A DNA stretch of 63,666 nucleotides, the filler included, from Octopus bimaculoides (Eukaryota), in NCBI RefSeq assembly GCF_001194135.2. It is 10 parts of 9 records of this genome, joined end to end, with 100 filler letters (N's around TTAATTAATTAA, not from the genome) between each part and the next. Parts side by side here need not be neighbours in the genome. Positions count along the whole stretch, not along the records: positions 21,380 to 42,279 come from NC_068983.1; 9 more parts are not named here. The stretch is one strand, 5' to 3'. The notes under the pieces are model-generated. The model was given only the letters and a program-made list of their open reading frames with translations, searched no databases and was not told the DNA's origin. Positions 24,546 through 37,429 of this stretch are shown here, in pieces (the stretch's first letter is position 1; each line of letters opens with the position of its first letter). The translations under genes were made by a program, and so were the position numbers.

Positions 24546-26111
24546 AATAGCAGTAACGAAATCGCCCTGTCGGGCATCACTGCCTTCTATTTTCAGTGGC
24601 AGCAATAAAACATCGCCCTGCTTCACACCTAGGCTTGGAGTCTTGTATGGTAGCGGTAACAACTGGTTCCTTTTTAACCCATTGCCTACTATGAGCCCCA
24701 TTTGGGGATCTGCTAAAAACAGTCTCACTGCCGGTTGTTCGTTGTATTTAAAAAGAATTGCTTATGGACATTGCATTTGTGCTCTCAGTTCAAATACCAC
24801 CTAAGTCGACTTAGCCTTTTAACTTCTTGGGATTGATAAAAATAAATGCCAGTTGAGCACCGGTCTCGACGTAATTGATTCATCCTACCCTCAAAATTGT
24901 TGGACTTGTACCAAGCTTAGAAATAATTAATTATACTCGCGTATATCAAAATTATGAAGAACAATGTTTACCATACTGATTTCAAATTTTGGCACAAAGC
25001 CAGCGACTTCAGAGAAGGGAGTATGTCGATTATATCGATCCCAGTGTTTAATTGGTACTTATTTTATCGACCCCGAAAAAAATGAAATCAAATTTGACTC
25101 TGACAGCATTTGAACTCAGAATTAAAAGGCCGAAGAAATGGCGTTATGCATATATTCGGCGTGCTAACAATTCTGCTAGCGCGCTGCCTTAAACAATGTT
25201 TTTCATATTGTCGAAGCATTAATATGAATTTCCAAACGTGTTAAATTTTATTGAAAAAAAAAAAAAATTCTGGCGTACAGAGACAACCTATGTAGCGCAC
25301 AATAGAGAACCACGTACTCAGTGTTTTATAAATTTTCTTGACGAGCCCTTCATCTCTTTACATGCCGACGTTTTTCTTGATAACATTAACCTGCAAATGT
25401 TCAGATTGTCAACTGGCCACATCAGCCTTACCAGCCGGGCAGTCTAGTCTGCGATCGTCATTAGCACTGCCCTGTCTCTTCTGAGAAGCACCACCATTGC
25501 CCCTACCACCACCACCACCAACACCTCTGCCGAAGCAACAAGCATCATAAATACCATCACCATCACTGCAATCAACACCACTGCTAACAATACCACCATC
25601 ACCGCCATCACCACTACAACCACAACCACAACCAACACCAACACCATCATGACCACAATAAGCTACATGACCATCGCTCCTATTAACACCACCACCACCG
25701 TTACCACCAACACCACAAACACCACCATCACATAAAGATTTTGTCTGCCCAATTTCATTCCAAAAAATATAAGTCGAAAAGAAGCGACCGAAAAGTCATA
25801 TTTCCCTAAGGTACCACGCAGTGAGATCGAAACCAAAACCTTGCAGTTACGAAGCAAAAACTCTAAACCATTCGGTCACACTGTGCCTACCACACTAACA
25901 TCAATACTCCTTCAACACCCGCACCACCGTCACAGCCCTGCACCTATGCCACCCACATCCTTGCTACAAAGACCCGGATATATGCTTACTTCCTCAACAG
26001 CACGATATCTGCAATTATCGTTAAGGCATGTTTTGCAGAAATGCGTGTGTATGAGTGTGTGTGCGCGCGCCCGCGTGTATTTATCTATATATATGTATTC
26101 ATATATGCATT

Positions 26112-26194
<83 letters not shown>

Positions 26195-26826
26195 TTATAT
26201 GTATGCATGTATGTATGTAATATGTATATATTTATGTAAGTGTATGAATGTATGTGTGTGTCGATGTATATAGGTACGTATATGTATAAATACGTATGTA
26301 TGCATGCTTATATGTATGCAATATGCATATATTAATGTATATATGTATGTACGTATATATACACGTAATATGTACATATGTGTGTGTATTTATATATATA
26401 TGTATTAATATATGCGTCTATGTGTGTATATATATATGTGTGTGTGTGTGTGTGCGTATATAGTGTAAGTATGTATGCATGCATGCATGTATGTACGTAT
26501 GTAATACACTTACATGTACAATATTTATATATTAATGTATATATGTATGTACGTATGTATACATGCAACATGTACATATGGTTGTATGTGTGTGTGTGTA
26601 GTATAACTAGAGTAAACGCATACTCCCACTTTTACTCTCACTCCTACCTCACAAAACACGGCTAAATGCTGGTTGGATTCATTAAGGAAAAATTGTCTGT
26701 TTTTCTGCTGCTTCTTAAACAACTTCAAAGCGGAACACAAACCAAAATTATGGTCTAAAATTCGTATGGTGTAAAAAAAAAAAAAAGGCTCATTTTGTAT
26801 CTGTCTAACATGTGTTTGTGTGTGTA

Positions 26827-28081
26827 CAGGGTGCGGTGAATAAAATGTCATCAAAATTACACAAAATGAAAATAACACAGACATCTCATTTTAACAGATA
26901 TATTTACCAAAATTACATAAAAATATCTTGAAATTCTAAAGAGTAAATTTATTCGATAAAATCGCCATTGGCTTCAACCACGGCCTGCAGACGACTTCGG
27001 AATTTCTTGCAGCTCTTCTGGACAGTCTTCTTGTTTAAGTTGGTGAATACTGCCATAATCCTTGATTTCAGTTCAAAACAAGCAGTTTTGTTAGTCTCTC
27101 GTTCAACTACGCTCCACACATAATCAAAGGAGTTAGGTGGCCAAATGTTAGATGTGATATGGTCACAGAAATTGTCTGACAGCCATGACTGGGTTCTCCT
27201 GCTTGTGTGGCATGGTACAGAGTCCTGTTGATATGAAAAGAGTCTTCCTGCAGCCATCCTCTTGACCCAGGGCAGTACTACCTCCTCCAAGTACTTGATG
27301 TAGGCCTCTGTGTTGAGTCTGAGGTTGTGTGGGGAGATCAATGGAGTGATAAGGTAGCCATCACTAGTGTTCACTCCAAATACCACGATGTTGACTGGGT
27401 GCTTGATTTTTATCACTCTCAGTACATGTTTTGGGGACACGGCAAGCCAACGGTTGTTCTGTGTGTTCACCATCTGATCCTGGCAGAACTTTTTCTTGGT
27501 TGAGAAAAACCAAAGCATGTTCGGTTGGAGTTGATGCTTGAGTTTGTTCAAAGGCTTCGTAGCGAGGTCTTTCCTCTTGTCCTTGATGGCTTGGAGTAAA
27601 AATTGGCCCTTTCTCATCTTGTATGAGAAATACTGAATGTCTTCATGCACTACCTGCTTGATAAGAAACTCAGACACTCCTATGCCCCTGGCCTTGGACC
27701 TGATTGACTTGGAGGGATTGTTGTCAATCATGGCCTGGATCTCACCAACAAATTCGAGAGTTCTTTTCTTATTAGAATGATCTGAGTGAGTTTTTCGCGC
27801 TGTACCTTCATAATCACCATTAGACTCATCCAACTCTTTCTGAATTCTCTCCACTGTCCTCAGATTGACACCAAAACACTCTGAAATGTTCATATTGGAG
27901 GTTCCGGGGCGAATGCCAAGCAGTACAGCATGTCGTTTCCGTGAACTGCGTCATGGTGCTGTTTTTCTCAAAGACAGTGCCCAACTGATCCTACTATACT
28001 GTGTAGTCGACAAAATAAAAAAATGAAAGCGCATGCGCGAAATTGAAAATATAAAATAGCGACAATTTATCCATCGCAGCT

Positions 28082-28083
<2 letters not shown>
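26827..28083 (-). mobile_element. Near full-length maT (DD37D-type Tc1/mariner) transposon with decayed transposase
   Basis: ORF 26949-27893 (FSYQQDSVPCHTSRRTQSWLSDNF...WPPNS-FDYVW; the SPDxNPLD motif is partly deleted and there is a frameshift near the start at ~27950). Imperfect TIRs TA|CAGGGTGCGGTGAATAAAATGTC (26827) and GACAATTTATCCATCGCAGCTTA|TA (28061-28083). Confidence 0.88.
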
Positions 28084-28157
<74 letters not shown>

Positions 28158-28168
28158 TCTGGAATATT

Positions 28169-28274
28169 TGTGGTCTGATCAATAATTATCCGGACTGTTG
28201 CTATGGTAACGAAGCTAAGGCACGCAGAGTAAAACCGCTTGGCAACAGTCCGGATACTTATTGATCAGACCACA
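28169..28274. mobile_element. 106-bp mariner-derived MITE
   Basis: TIRs tgtggtctgatcaataattatccggactgttgc / gcaacagtccggatacttattgatcagaccaca (one mismatch in 33 bp), TA at the right junction. Confidence 0.85.
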
Positions 28275-28861
28275 TATATTCCTCCTTTGACATGATTATT
28301 TATATCCGTTGCAGAATTACTTATATACAGTTGAGTGGAATGGAGCAACGTGAAATGAAGTGTCTTGTTCCAGAACGCAACACTCGACTCAGGAATCGAA
28401 ACCACAATCTTAAGATCATGAGTCCATCACTCTAATTACTTAGCCATGCACCTCTGCAATATACCCTGCTGAAATTGGAGAACGTCTAATATACAAGCGT
28501 GTCTTTTATGCCATCAATTACGGTAAATAAAGAAGCGGCGTAAACGTGGAATTGGTAAATTAGTGAGAAAACCAAAAATGGTGCTAAAAGAACGAAGCAT
28601 AATTCGACAGTAAACCCTTTACACTGAACAGTCTAGCAGAGAATAATGAAGAATGGTTTCCTTGTGACACTTAGAAGACGAATAATGAAAAAAGCCCTCT
28701 TGTTCAGAATTGTTTCCAACTTTCTCCACAGTTCTGCCAATAATGTCAGAGGGTAAATATCGATTAGTCGTCAATATCGGTTATCGTATTATATGATAAA
28801 TGGTTAGAACTGTTCGCTGTTCGTTGCAGGAATCATCGCAGCAATGATAGAATAAGTGTGT

Positions 28862-28902
<41 letters not shown>

Positions 28903-28959
28903 GAAATGTATGTGCATGTGTATGTGAGTGTGTAGGCGTGTTAGAGAGTGTTAGTGTGT

Positions 28960-29340
28960 GTGTTTGTGTGTGTGTGAGTTTGTGTGTTTGTTACTGTGTG
29001 TGAGTTTGTGTGTGTGTGTGTGAGTGTGTGAGCTAGTGAGAGTATTTGTGTGTGTATGTGAATGTGTGCGCGTGTGTATGTGTATACGTGTGTGAATGAG
29101 TGTATATGTGTGAAATGGTGTTAGTACGTGTGTGGGTATGTGTGTTTGTGTGTGTGTGTTTGTTAGTGTGTGTGAGTTTGCGTGTTTGTGTGTGCGAGTG
29201 TGTGAGCTAGTGAGAGTATGTGTGTGCGTGTATATGAATGTATGTGAATGTGTGCGCGTGTGTGTACGTGTGTGAGTGAGTATATTTGTGTGAAATGGTG
29301 TTAGTACGCGTGTGTGTGTGTATGTGTGTGTGTGTGTGTT
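28960..29340. repeat. Compound (GT)n tract with a ~180-bp higher-order duplication
   Basis: gagctagtgagagtat...gtgaatgtgtgcgcgtgtgt...gtgtgaaatggtgttagtac occurs twice (about 29030-29130 and 29205-29310). Confidence 0.8.
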
Positions 29341-31689
29341 TTCCGTTCACAGAATGCCAGACAATGTTGGGAGTTGAGGTGAGCAAATTTATCGCTATGA
29401 AGAATTTCTGCGACAGTAAGTCAGGAAAATGAATTGAGCTGATTGGATAAAATATTTTATTGATAGAACAACGGTTGGAATATTATGGCTTCGACTACCG
29501 TAATTAGAATTGGAAATTATGAAGAGTATATTTCAAGAACTGTGATTGGTTATCTTTTACACACACACACACACACACACATAAAAATATATATATATTT
29601 TGTCTTTTACTTGTTTCAATTATTAGACTGCGGTCATGCTGGGGCACCGCCTTGAAGAATTTTCAGTGAATGAATCGACCCCACAACAGAGAATAGAATA
29701 CGCAATAGATCATCCACCCAACTCAAGCAAGTGACAAAGAAGGCAATGCTTAAAAGTACCTTTTCACCAATTCTGACATCAAATTCCATAACATCTGTGA
29801 AATCCTCTTCTACTCTACGCACAAGCACCGAATGTTTGTGGGGTGGGGGCAGTCGATCAGATCGAAACCAGTATGCAACTGGTATTTAGTTTATCGACCC
29901 CGAAAGGATGAAAGGCAAAGTCGACCTCATTGGTCGATGTTAACATCTGCGAAATTCACAGCCACAATGCTGCGACTACGGATATTATCCAACCATCTTA
30001 TTCTTGGTCTAGTCCTACCAGGCACGTTCCGTCAGTAATTACTCAGGGTAGGCAGTTGGTGACCTTTATGTAGTAAAACACAAAAGTAAGCGAAACATAG
30101 GCACACGACTGCGTTGAAGGCAGATTTACTTTTGCCTTTATAGCACGTAAAGAAAACAGTGTTGTAGGAGTGCACACAGTATGTGTACTACAGCAGTACT
30201 ATGCGTAGCTTTAATACTGAGATTGAAAGGCAGGGGCAAATTATGCCTACCTAATCTACAAAAAAATTTAATATTTTGCATAGTAATCAGAGTAACCTTC
30301 ATAGTTTTATTGAATTGGTGCATATTTTGCCATAAAATGAAAATGTTACTATCGATCTATTTTATTCTGGATAGGCACTGTCTACCTTTCCTACCTAGGA
30401 GGCACTTCCCTGACCCCTATATCTCATGCCAGTTGATTCGGTTTGAAGAAAACGTTCTGCAATTGTTTCTTGCGGCATTCTAATGATTAGTCCGTAGAAC
30501 TAGACTTGGAGAAANNNNNNNNNNNNNNNNNNNNNNNNNNNNNNNNNNNNNNNNNNNNNNNNNNNNNNNNNNNNNNNNNNNNNNNNNNNNNNNNNNNNNN
30601 NNNNNNNNNNNNNNNNNNNNNNNNNNNNNNNNNNNNNNNNNNNNNNNNNNNNNNNNNNNNNNNNNNNNNNNNNNNNNNNNNNNNNNNNNNNNNNNNNNNN
30701 NNNNNNNNNNNNNNNNNNNNNNNNNNNNNNNNNNNNNNNNNNNNNNNNNNNNNNNNNNNNNNNNNNNNNNNNNNNNNNNNNNNNNNNNNNNNNNNNNNNN
30801 NNNNNNNNNNNNNNNNNNNNNNNNNNNNNNNNNNNNNNNNNNNNNNNNNNNNNNNNNNNNNNNNNNNNNNNNNNNNNNNNNNNNNNNNNNNNNNNNNNNN
30901 NNNNNNNNNNNNNNNNNNNNNNNNNNNNNNNNNNNNNNNNNNNNNNNNNNNNNNNNNNNNNNNNNNNNNNNNNNNNNNNNNNNNNNNNNNNNNNNNNNNN
31001 NNNNNNNNNNNNNNNNNNNNNNNNNNNNGTAAGTCGATTAGATCTACACAAGTACGCAACTGGTACTTAATTTATCGACTCCGAAAGGACAAAAAATAAA
31101 GTCGACTCCGGCGGAATTTGAACCCAGACTAAATGCCTCTAGACATTTTGCACGGCGTGCTAACCATTCCGCCAGCTCCGCCACCTTAATCATGTTATAT
31201 TGAAAAACTCGCATTATTATTCTTGTTATTATTGCTGTTGTTTAATATTGCCCAAGTCAGTCTGGATTAAACAGAACTAGAAGCAAAATAATCCCCTCTC
31301 CAGTCATGACCTCCCCATTTGCTTTCCCTTAAAAAAAATTTTTTTTTTAATTTTTAAATTTCTTTTTTCTAGTTCAGACATACACAAGTATGGCTGTGTG
31401 TTCAAGAAGCTCATTTTATAACCACATGGTTTTAGGTTCAGTCCCATTGTGAAGCAAATATTTTTTTACTTTAGCACCAAACCGGCTAATTCTTGTTTTC
31501 TTTCACTTTTCTTTCTTCAGGCCTTCTTTCCATTTTTCTTTCTCTCTTCTTTACTTCTATTTCTTGTTTCCTTCTCTTTTTTCTTCTTGCTTTCTTTCTT
31601 TTCTTCTTTCCGTCTCTCTCTCACTCTCTTTCTATTTCTTTTCTTTTTTTTTTTCTTCATTCTTTCCTTCTTTTATTAATTTTTTCTTT

Positions 31690-31848
31690 TACTTGTTTCA
31701 GTCATTTGACTGCGGCCATACTGGAACACCGCTTTTCGTCGAGTAAATCGACCCCAGGACTTATTCTTTGTAAACCTACTACTTATTCTATCGGTCTCTT
31801 TTGCCGAACCACTAAGTTACGGGGATGTAAACATAGGTGGGAGTGACA

Positions 31849-31886
<38 letters not shown>

Positions 31887-32065
31887 CACACACACACACA
31901 TGCATATGACAGGCGTCTTTCAGTTTCCGTCTACCAAATCCACTCACATGGCTTTGGTCAGCCTGAGGCTATAGTAGAAGACACTTGCCCAAGGTACCAT
32001 ACAGTGGGACTGAACCCAGAACCATGTGGTTGGTAAGCAAGCTACTTACCACACAGCCACTCCTG
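31690..32065 (-). mobile_element. tRNA-headed SINE family B with internal (CA)n, full copy; further copies at 9350-9470, 15535-15870, 20320-20520, 22195-22560, 22780-22875, 37170-37420, 49200-49320, 62185-62345
   Basis: Head ggagtggctgtgtggtaagtagcttgcttaccaaccacatggttctgggttcagtcccactg...ccttgggcaagtgtcttctactatagcctc; tail ccccgtaacttagtggttcggcaaaagagaccgatagaataagt...gcggccatg. Confidence 0.85.
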
Positions 32066-32644
32066 AGCCTTGTTACTTTTCTTTCCATTTCTTTTTCCTT
32101 TCTCTTCGTCTCTCCTTTTTTCCACTCCTTCTTTCTCTCCTATCTTCCTCACCTTTATTCTCTCTTCATATTTATTTATTTATTTATTTATTTATTGCAT
32201 TCAAATAATATGTCCTTCCTTCATTTCCCCCCTTCTCTCATTCACTGCAATTCACTCATCACATTCGAATTTCAGTTTACAATAGAAGAAAAACCATACA
32301 AAATAAAAGCAAAACCGGCAGATTGCGATCTGGAATGGAAAATTCTCGAAGATGTTACATTCTCTGACTTTTAATTAGTTGATAAACTTTCTACAAGAAA
32401 CCATTCCAACATTGTAGTGAGTTTTACCAATCATTCTAATTACTTTCTCATTAATAATGATCTTGTTTAATTAAAAGACGCCTTTTGACAATCTTCATAA
32501 AATTATTTTGTTCCAAATTTAATAAATCACCGATTTAAACTTTGACTCATCTGTTACTGATAGAATTTCTTTGTATTCACTTGACTTGCTAAAAACAGTA
32601 GCCAAGCCTTCAGTTCTCACGTTAAATATTCCTTCCACGAATCC

Positions 32645-32875
32645 TAAAACTTATAGAGCCGGTTATACAGTTTCCATGGAGTATGATTGACATCGCAACA
32701 TTCCCCCTGGACGGGACGCTAGTCCGTCGTAGAGTTACTCACAGCTAAGTGGATAACAGAAACAGGGAATAAAGTGCCTTCCTCAAAGGCTTAACACATG
32801 ACGCGGCCCGGGAATCGAAACCACGGTATTGCGATCAAGAGTGCAACCTCCTAACCATTAGGCCATACGCCTTCA
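32645..32875 (-). mobile_element. tRNA-headed SINE with a V-domain-like segment
   Basis: Minus strand: aggcgtatggcctaatggttaggaggttgcactcttgatc...gtttcgattcccggg (A/B boxes), then ctacgacggactagcgtcccgtccagggggaa, resembling the V-SINE central motif. Confidence 0.55.
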
Positions 32876-33344
32876 CACACTAAGGTCTTAAAAATGCAAA
32901 CCTCTCATTTGACAATGTAATCCTATGTTATATGGGTTCGAATCTAGCTCAAGACCAACAGGTTTGAACGAAGGTTGGGTCTGCTCCGATAATCCTTTCT
33001 ACTATAGGCACAAGGCCTGAAGTTTGGGAGAAGTGGGCAAGTCGATTAGATCGACCCAGTACACAACTGGTACTTAATTTATTGACCCCGAAAATATGAA
33101 AGGCAAAGTCGACCTCGGCTGAATTTGAACTCAGAACTTAACGACAGACGAAATGCCGGATGATTATGGTGTGTACGTTTTCCTTCATGTGCGTTGACAA
33201 CAGCATTAGAGTGGTTTAGCTCTAATTTTTAGCAATGTAAGTGTTTCGAACACCCTAGTCACATTTAGTTACGATCATAATTCTCCATTTTGGTGAAATA
33301 TTGCAAACTGCTGTTTGTAATAATTATATATTGTTGTTGTTGGC

Positions 33345-33730
33345 ATCCATTTGTCTCGGGAGACAATGGAGTTGCGCATAAACTAATCCAGTCTGGTTTT
33401 TACATTTCATGTCCTCTCCAGTTTTGCGCAGTCCTTGGCTAGATGTAAGAAAATCCTGGGTAGCCCAATCATCAGGATTCCTCTCTCGACCTTGCTGACG
33501 TAGTCCAAAGGAGTGCAGAGCATTACGTTTGGCACCAGCTTGGTTGCAGGAGCTGCCGGAAGAGTGTCGTGTTGAACATTAAACCGACTACGAGGCTCCA
33601 TTCCGGATTTCTTGAAGGCTGTCTCCTTTCCGTAACCCTGGATAGGGGCCCATACCGGGTACTGTCAGCCGGAGCCTGCTGAACCCGGGACTCATGTCAG
33701 GCAGAGTTGTCACTCCCTGAAGTAGTGAAG
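33345..33730 (+). mobile_element. Probable RTE/BovB-type 5'-region-derived repeat
   Basis: gttgttggcatccatttgtctcgggagacaatgg... and gtttggcaccagcttggttgcaggagctgccggaa resemble RTE/BovB 5' sequences (recalled similarity, not searched). Confidence 0.4.
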
Positions 33731-34005
33731 AAAATCGCTACCCACTATATATATATGCATCTATATAGAATGGTAGGTTTCAAACGTCATATATACATAC
33801 ATACACACATGCAAACATACATACATCACACATATACATATATACGTACGTACATATATACATACGTAGACGTACGCATTACCTAACACTCTGTTCCCTT
33901 CTACACCCACGTCATCTCACTCGCCTGCTTTCCGCCCTCTCTAACGCAATTATTGTGAGTGTGTGCGCGTGTATGTGGGTATGTGTGTATGTGAGAGATT
34001 TAGAG

Positions 34006-34052
<47 letters not shown>

Positions 34053-34664
34053 TATAATAATGATAATATATGTATATAGATAGATAGATTATAGAGTGTA
34101 AATAAACGTGCTTTTATGTGTAAATGTATATATGTGTATATATATTAAACACGCACACACACATCATATTTATGTATACATATGCAAATACATATATACG
34201 TAAGTATGTATGTATGTATGTATGTATGTATGTGTGTGTGCGTACGTGTCTGTGTGCATGTCTGTATGCGCGTCCGTTTGCGAGTGCCATTGTACCAAGT
34301 GAAATGAAATAAAAAAAAAATGGATGGAGAATCACTTCCGGTTGTTTTACGTTGCAACCGACATATTTGTTAGCGTGCAGTTAAAAGTCAATGTCATAGA
34401 GGAGCAATTAAAACAGAAGTGCTGGTCTTATCGTTATTTTCCCGGTCGTCATCGTCGTCGTCTTCGTCGTCTTCGTCGTCGTCTTCGTCGTCATCGTCTG
34501 CGCTCGTCGTCACTATCGTCGCTTGTTGTTGTCATTATTGTTGTTGTTATTGATGATGATGATGATGATGATGATGACGATGATGATGATGATGGCGACG
34601 GTGATGGTCTTGATGTTAATGTTGGTTTTCCATTTGATTCATGGTTATATATTTTCCTTATAGC

Positions 34665-34737
<73 letters not shown>

Positions 34738-34744
34738 GTTGTTG

Positions 34745-35008
34745 TTGTTCAGTAGTTTTATTTTTATAATGTGCTTTCACTGCACTATCGAGCGCAGCTC
34801 TGTGTGTCTTGGGTATGTGCTGTGGTTTGCTGTGGTGTTCTTATGGTTACTGTGTTGAAAGTGTTTTGCGTAGGATGTGTGCAGTGCCCAGTAGTGCAAT
34901 TTTCTGTGTGTTATATATATTTGTAAGTCCTGGTGTTTTTGTTATGTATTTGTCTGAATATTTTTTTACTATGATAGGAATTGTTTCTGTTTTTAGATTC
35001 CACATTCG
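34745..35008 (-). mobile_element. 3' end of an R4/Dong-like (RLE endonuclease) non-LTR retrotransposon
   Basis: ITRMWNLKTETIPII-VKKYSDKYITKTPGLTNIYNTQKIALLGTAHILRKTLSTQ*, the typical 'QKxALLGTAxILR' R4-clade C-terminus; (TAA)n on both sides. Confidence 0.85.
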
Positions 35009-35017
35009 AGTTATTAA

Positions 35018-35086
<69 letters not shown>

Positions 35087-35109
35087 CATTATTATTATTA
35101 TTATTATTG

Positions 35110-35620
35110 AGTGAAAGAGCAGCACACACCATCAAAGTGACGCTAGGGTGCATATATATACGAAGCTCAATATACCCATCATGGTTACCCGCTTTGATAA
35201 GGGTAAAACAGTCACATGCGCCACGACCATATGTACGCGACATGGTGATCTCGTATGAAGATAAACAGCGTATTACTTTGCAGGTGGAGCCCAGTTAGAA
35301 TTTTCTTCAGGTCGAGTAGCCCATCCTGCTCAAAAGGTCTCTGAATAAGGTTTGTTTAAGGATGTTGAGCAAAACACCCATGTTTCCAAAGGTGAATTAT
35401 TCAAACCCCAAAGACTACCTCTCAACACATGGCTGTGATGCTCCCCCACTACTTCTGCTCATGATCAGAGATACACATATCGTCAGCCACCATGGGTTAA
35501 CGTCAAACAACTGACAAGCAAATCTGTGGTATTGAGCAGAATATTTGCTGTAGCCTATCTTTTTATACCAAGATAAAACACTGCTTTTTCGAGCTATATG
35601 GGGTATTAGAAGCAGCAAAT
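35110..35620 (-). mobile_element. Repeat family D (SINE-like) with (TAA)n tail; plus-strand copy at 52134-52385
   Basis: 35110-35340 is the reverse complement of 52134-52360 (catcaaagtgac...tatacccatcat...catggtgatctc...caggtgg..cccagttagaattttcttcaggtcgagtagcccatcc). Confidence 0.8.
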
Positions 35621-36062
35621 AAATAACTATCTTGCTTGAATGTTAAATTATACTGCAGAATACATTCATAATATTTTTAATGGACATTGTATGAAAATGC
35701 CATAACATTTTATATATCTTCGCAATACCAGTTTCAATCCCGCGTTGGGATTTCATCAACGACTGTAGATCTGCTTTCAATGTGAATGAATAGTCTACTT
35801 ATGCATCCTCAATTACAAACGGTTAAAAAATCGGATAGACCAGCTTGCATATATAACGTGGACGAAAGGTAGAGAAGCTGAACAATGATGAACAGAAAGT
35901 GGCCGAAAATTGTTGGTATTAAGGAGTGGTGGTGGTTAGAGACTGGGAAGGAAAAGGGAGAGAGAGAGAAAATATAAGAAGGGGAGAGACAAAATATAAA
36001 ACCACGGTGTGTGTTTTTGAAAGTGTGGTGAAGCGATAGAGTATGAAAGGCGAGGTGCACAA

Positions 36063-36390
36063 GGCTCAGTTTTTTTTTTTTTTATAAAACAATTAACCGT
36101 TTATAGCCGTGGTCGTGAGGAATTAAAAGGAGTTGAGAAAAGAGGTAATTAAGAACTATTTTAATTAAAGGATCATAGAATATTATTTTAAGATTAAAAA
36201 TACGGGGTTTAGTTGTATTAGGGATAAATGACTCATTAGGAGTGTTTCAAAGTGCCTGAAGTGGTAATAAAAGTAGAAAAGCTGCCTAATTTTATTGAGA
36301 AATTTGTTATTTGTATTGTAAAGCGGTTTGGTTTAAATTAGAATAAGGTGAAAGTGACACAGCAGCGGTTAAGGTGAGCAAAGGAAGTTT
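36063..36390 (-). mobile_element. Possible degenerate LINE 3' end with poly(A) tail
   Basis: The minus strand ends ...cgaccacggctataaacggttaattgttttat followed by an A-run; purine/pyrimidine-skewed body similar in character to 37430-37810. Confidence 0.35.
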
Positions 36391-36904
36391 GTATTGTTAT
36401 TGGTTTCAAATTTTGGCACAAGGCCAGCAAATTGTGGGGAATGGGTGGGTAATCGATTACATCAACGGCAATGCTTGATTGGTACGTATTTTATCGACCC
36501 CCAAAAAGAACGAAAGGCAAAAACGACGGAATTTGAACTCAGAACGTAAAGACGGACGAAATGCTGCTGAGCATTTTGTCCGGCGTGCTACCGTTTCTGC
36601 CAGCTCGCAGCCTCAAAGTTTGCGTTAACATCAGTTTCGAATTTTAGCACGAGGCTAGCAATTTCAGAGAAGGGAGTAAGTCGATGGCATCAACCCCAGT
36701 GATCAACTGGTACTTATTTTATCGACTCCGAGAGAACGAAAGGTAAAGTTGACCTCGGCGGAATTTGAACACAGAACGTAACGACAGAAAAAATGCCGCT
36801 GAGCATTTTGGCCAGCGTGCTAACGACTCTGCCAGCTCGCCGCCATTCCCAGTATTCAAATATTAACACAAACGTCAAAGCGGTGAGCTGGTAGAACCGT
36901 TAGC

Positions 36905-37022
36905 ATGCCGGGCGAAATGCCGGGCGAAATGCCGGGCGAAATTCCGGGCGAAATTCCGGGCGAAATGCCGGGCGAAATGCCGGGCGAAATGCCGGGCGAA
37001 ATGCCGGGCGAAATGCCGGGCG
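36905..37022 (+). repeat. 12-bp minisatellite (ATGCCGGGCGAA)n, ~10 units, inside a SINE A head
   Basis: Units are exact except two adjacent ATTCCGGGCGAA variants; the unit equals SINE A bases 'gccgggcgaaat'; the array runs into a gap. Confidence 0.95.
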
Positions 37023-37167
37023 NNNNNNNNNNNNNNNNNNNNNNNNNNNNNNNNNNNNNNNNNNNNNNNNNNNNNNNNNNNNNNNNNNNNNNNNNNNNNN
37101 NNNNNNNNNNNNNNNNNNNNNNNNNNNNNNNNNNNNNNNNNNNNNNNNNNNNNNNNNNNNNNNNNNN

Positions 37168-37220
<53 letters not shown>

Positions 37221-37429
37221 AAATGTATTCGTTTGTACCCCACTACTACTTGACAACCGGTGTTGTGTTAATGGCCCCCTAACTTAGCGGTTCGGCAAAA
37301 GATACCGACAAAATATATACCAGGCTTAAGACAAAATAAGCACCAGAGTCGATATGTTCGACTAAAGTTCTTCAAGGGGTGCCCCAGCAGGGCCGCAGTC
37401 AAATAACTGAAGTAAAAAAAATATAGAAT

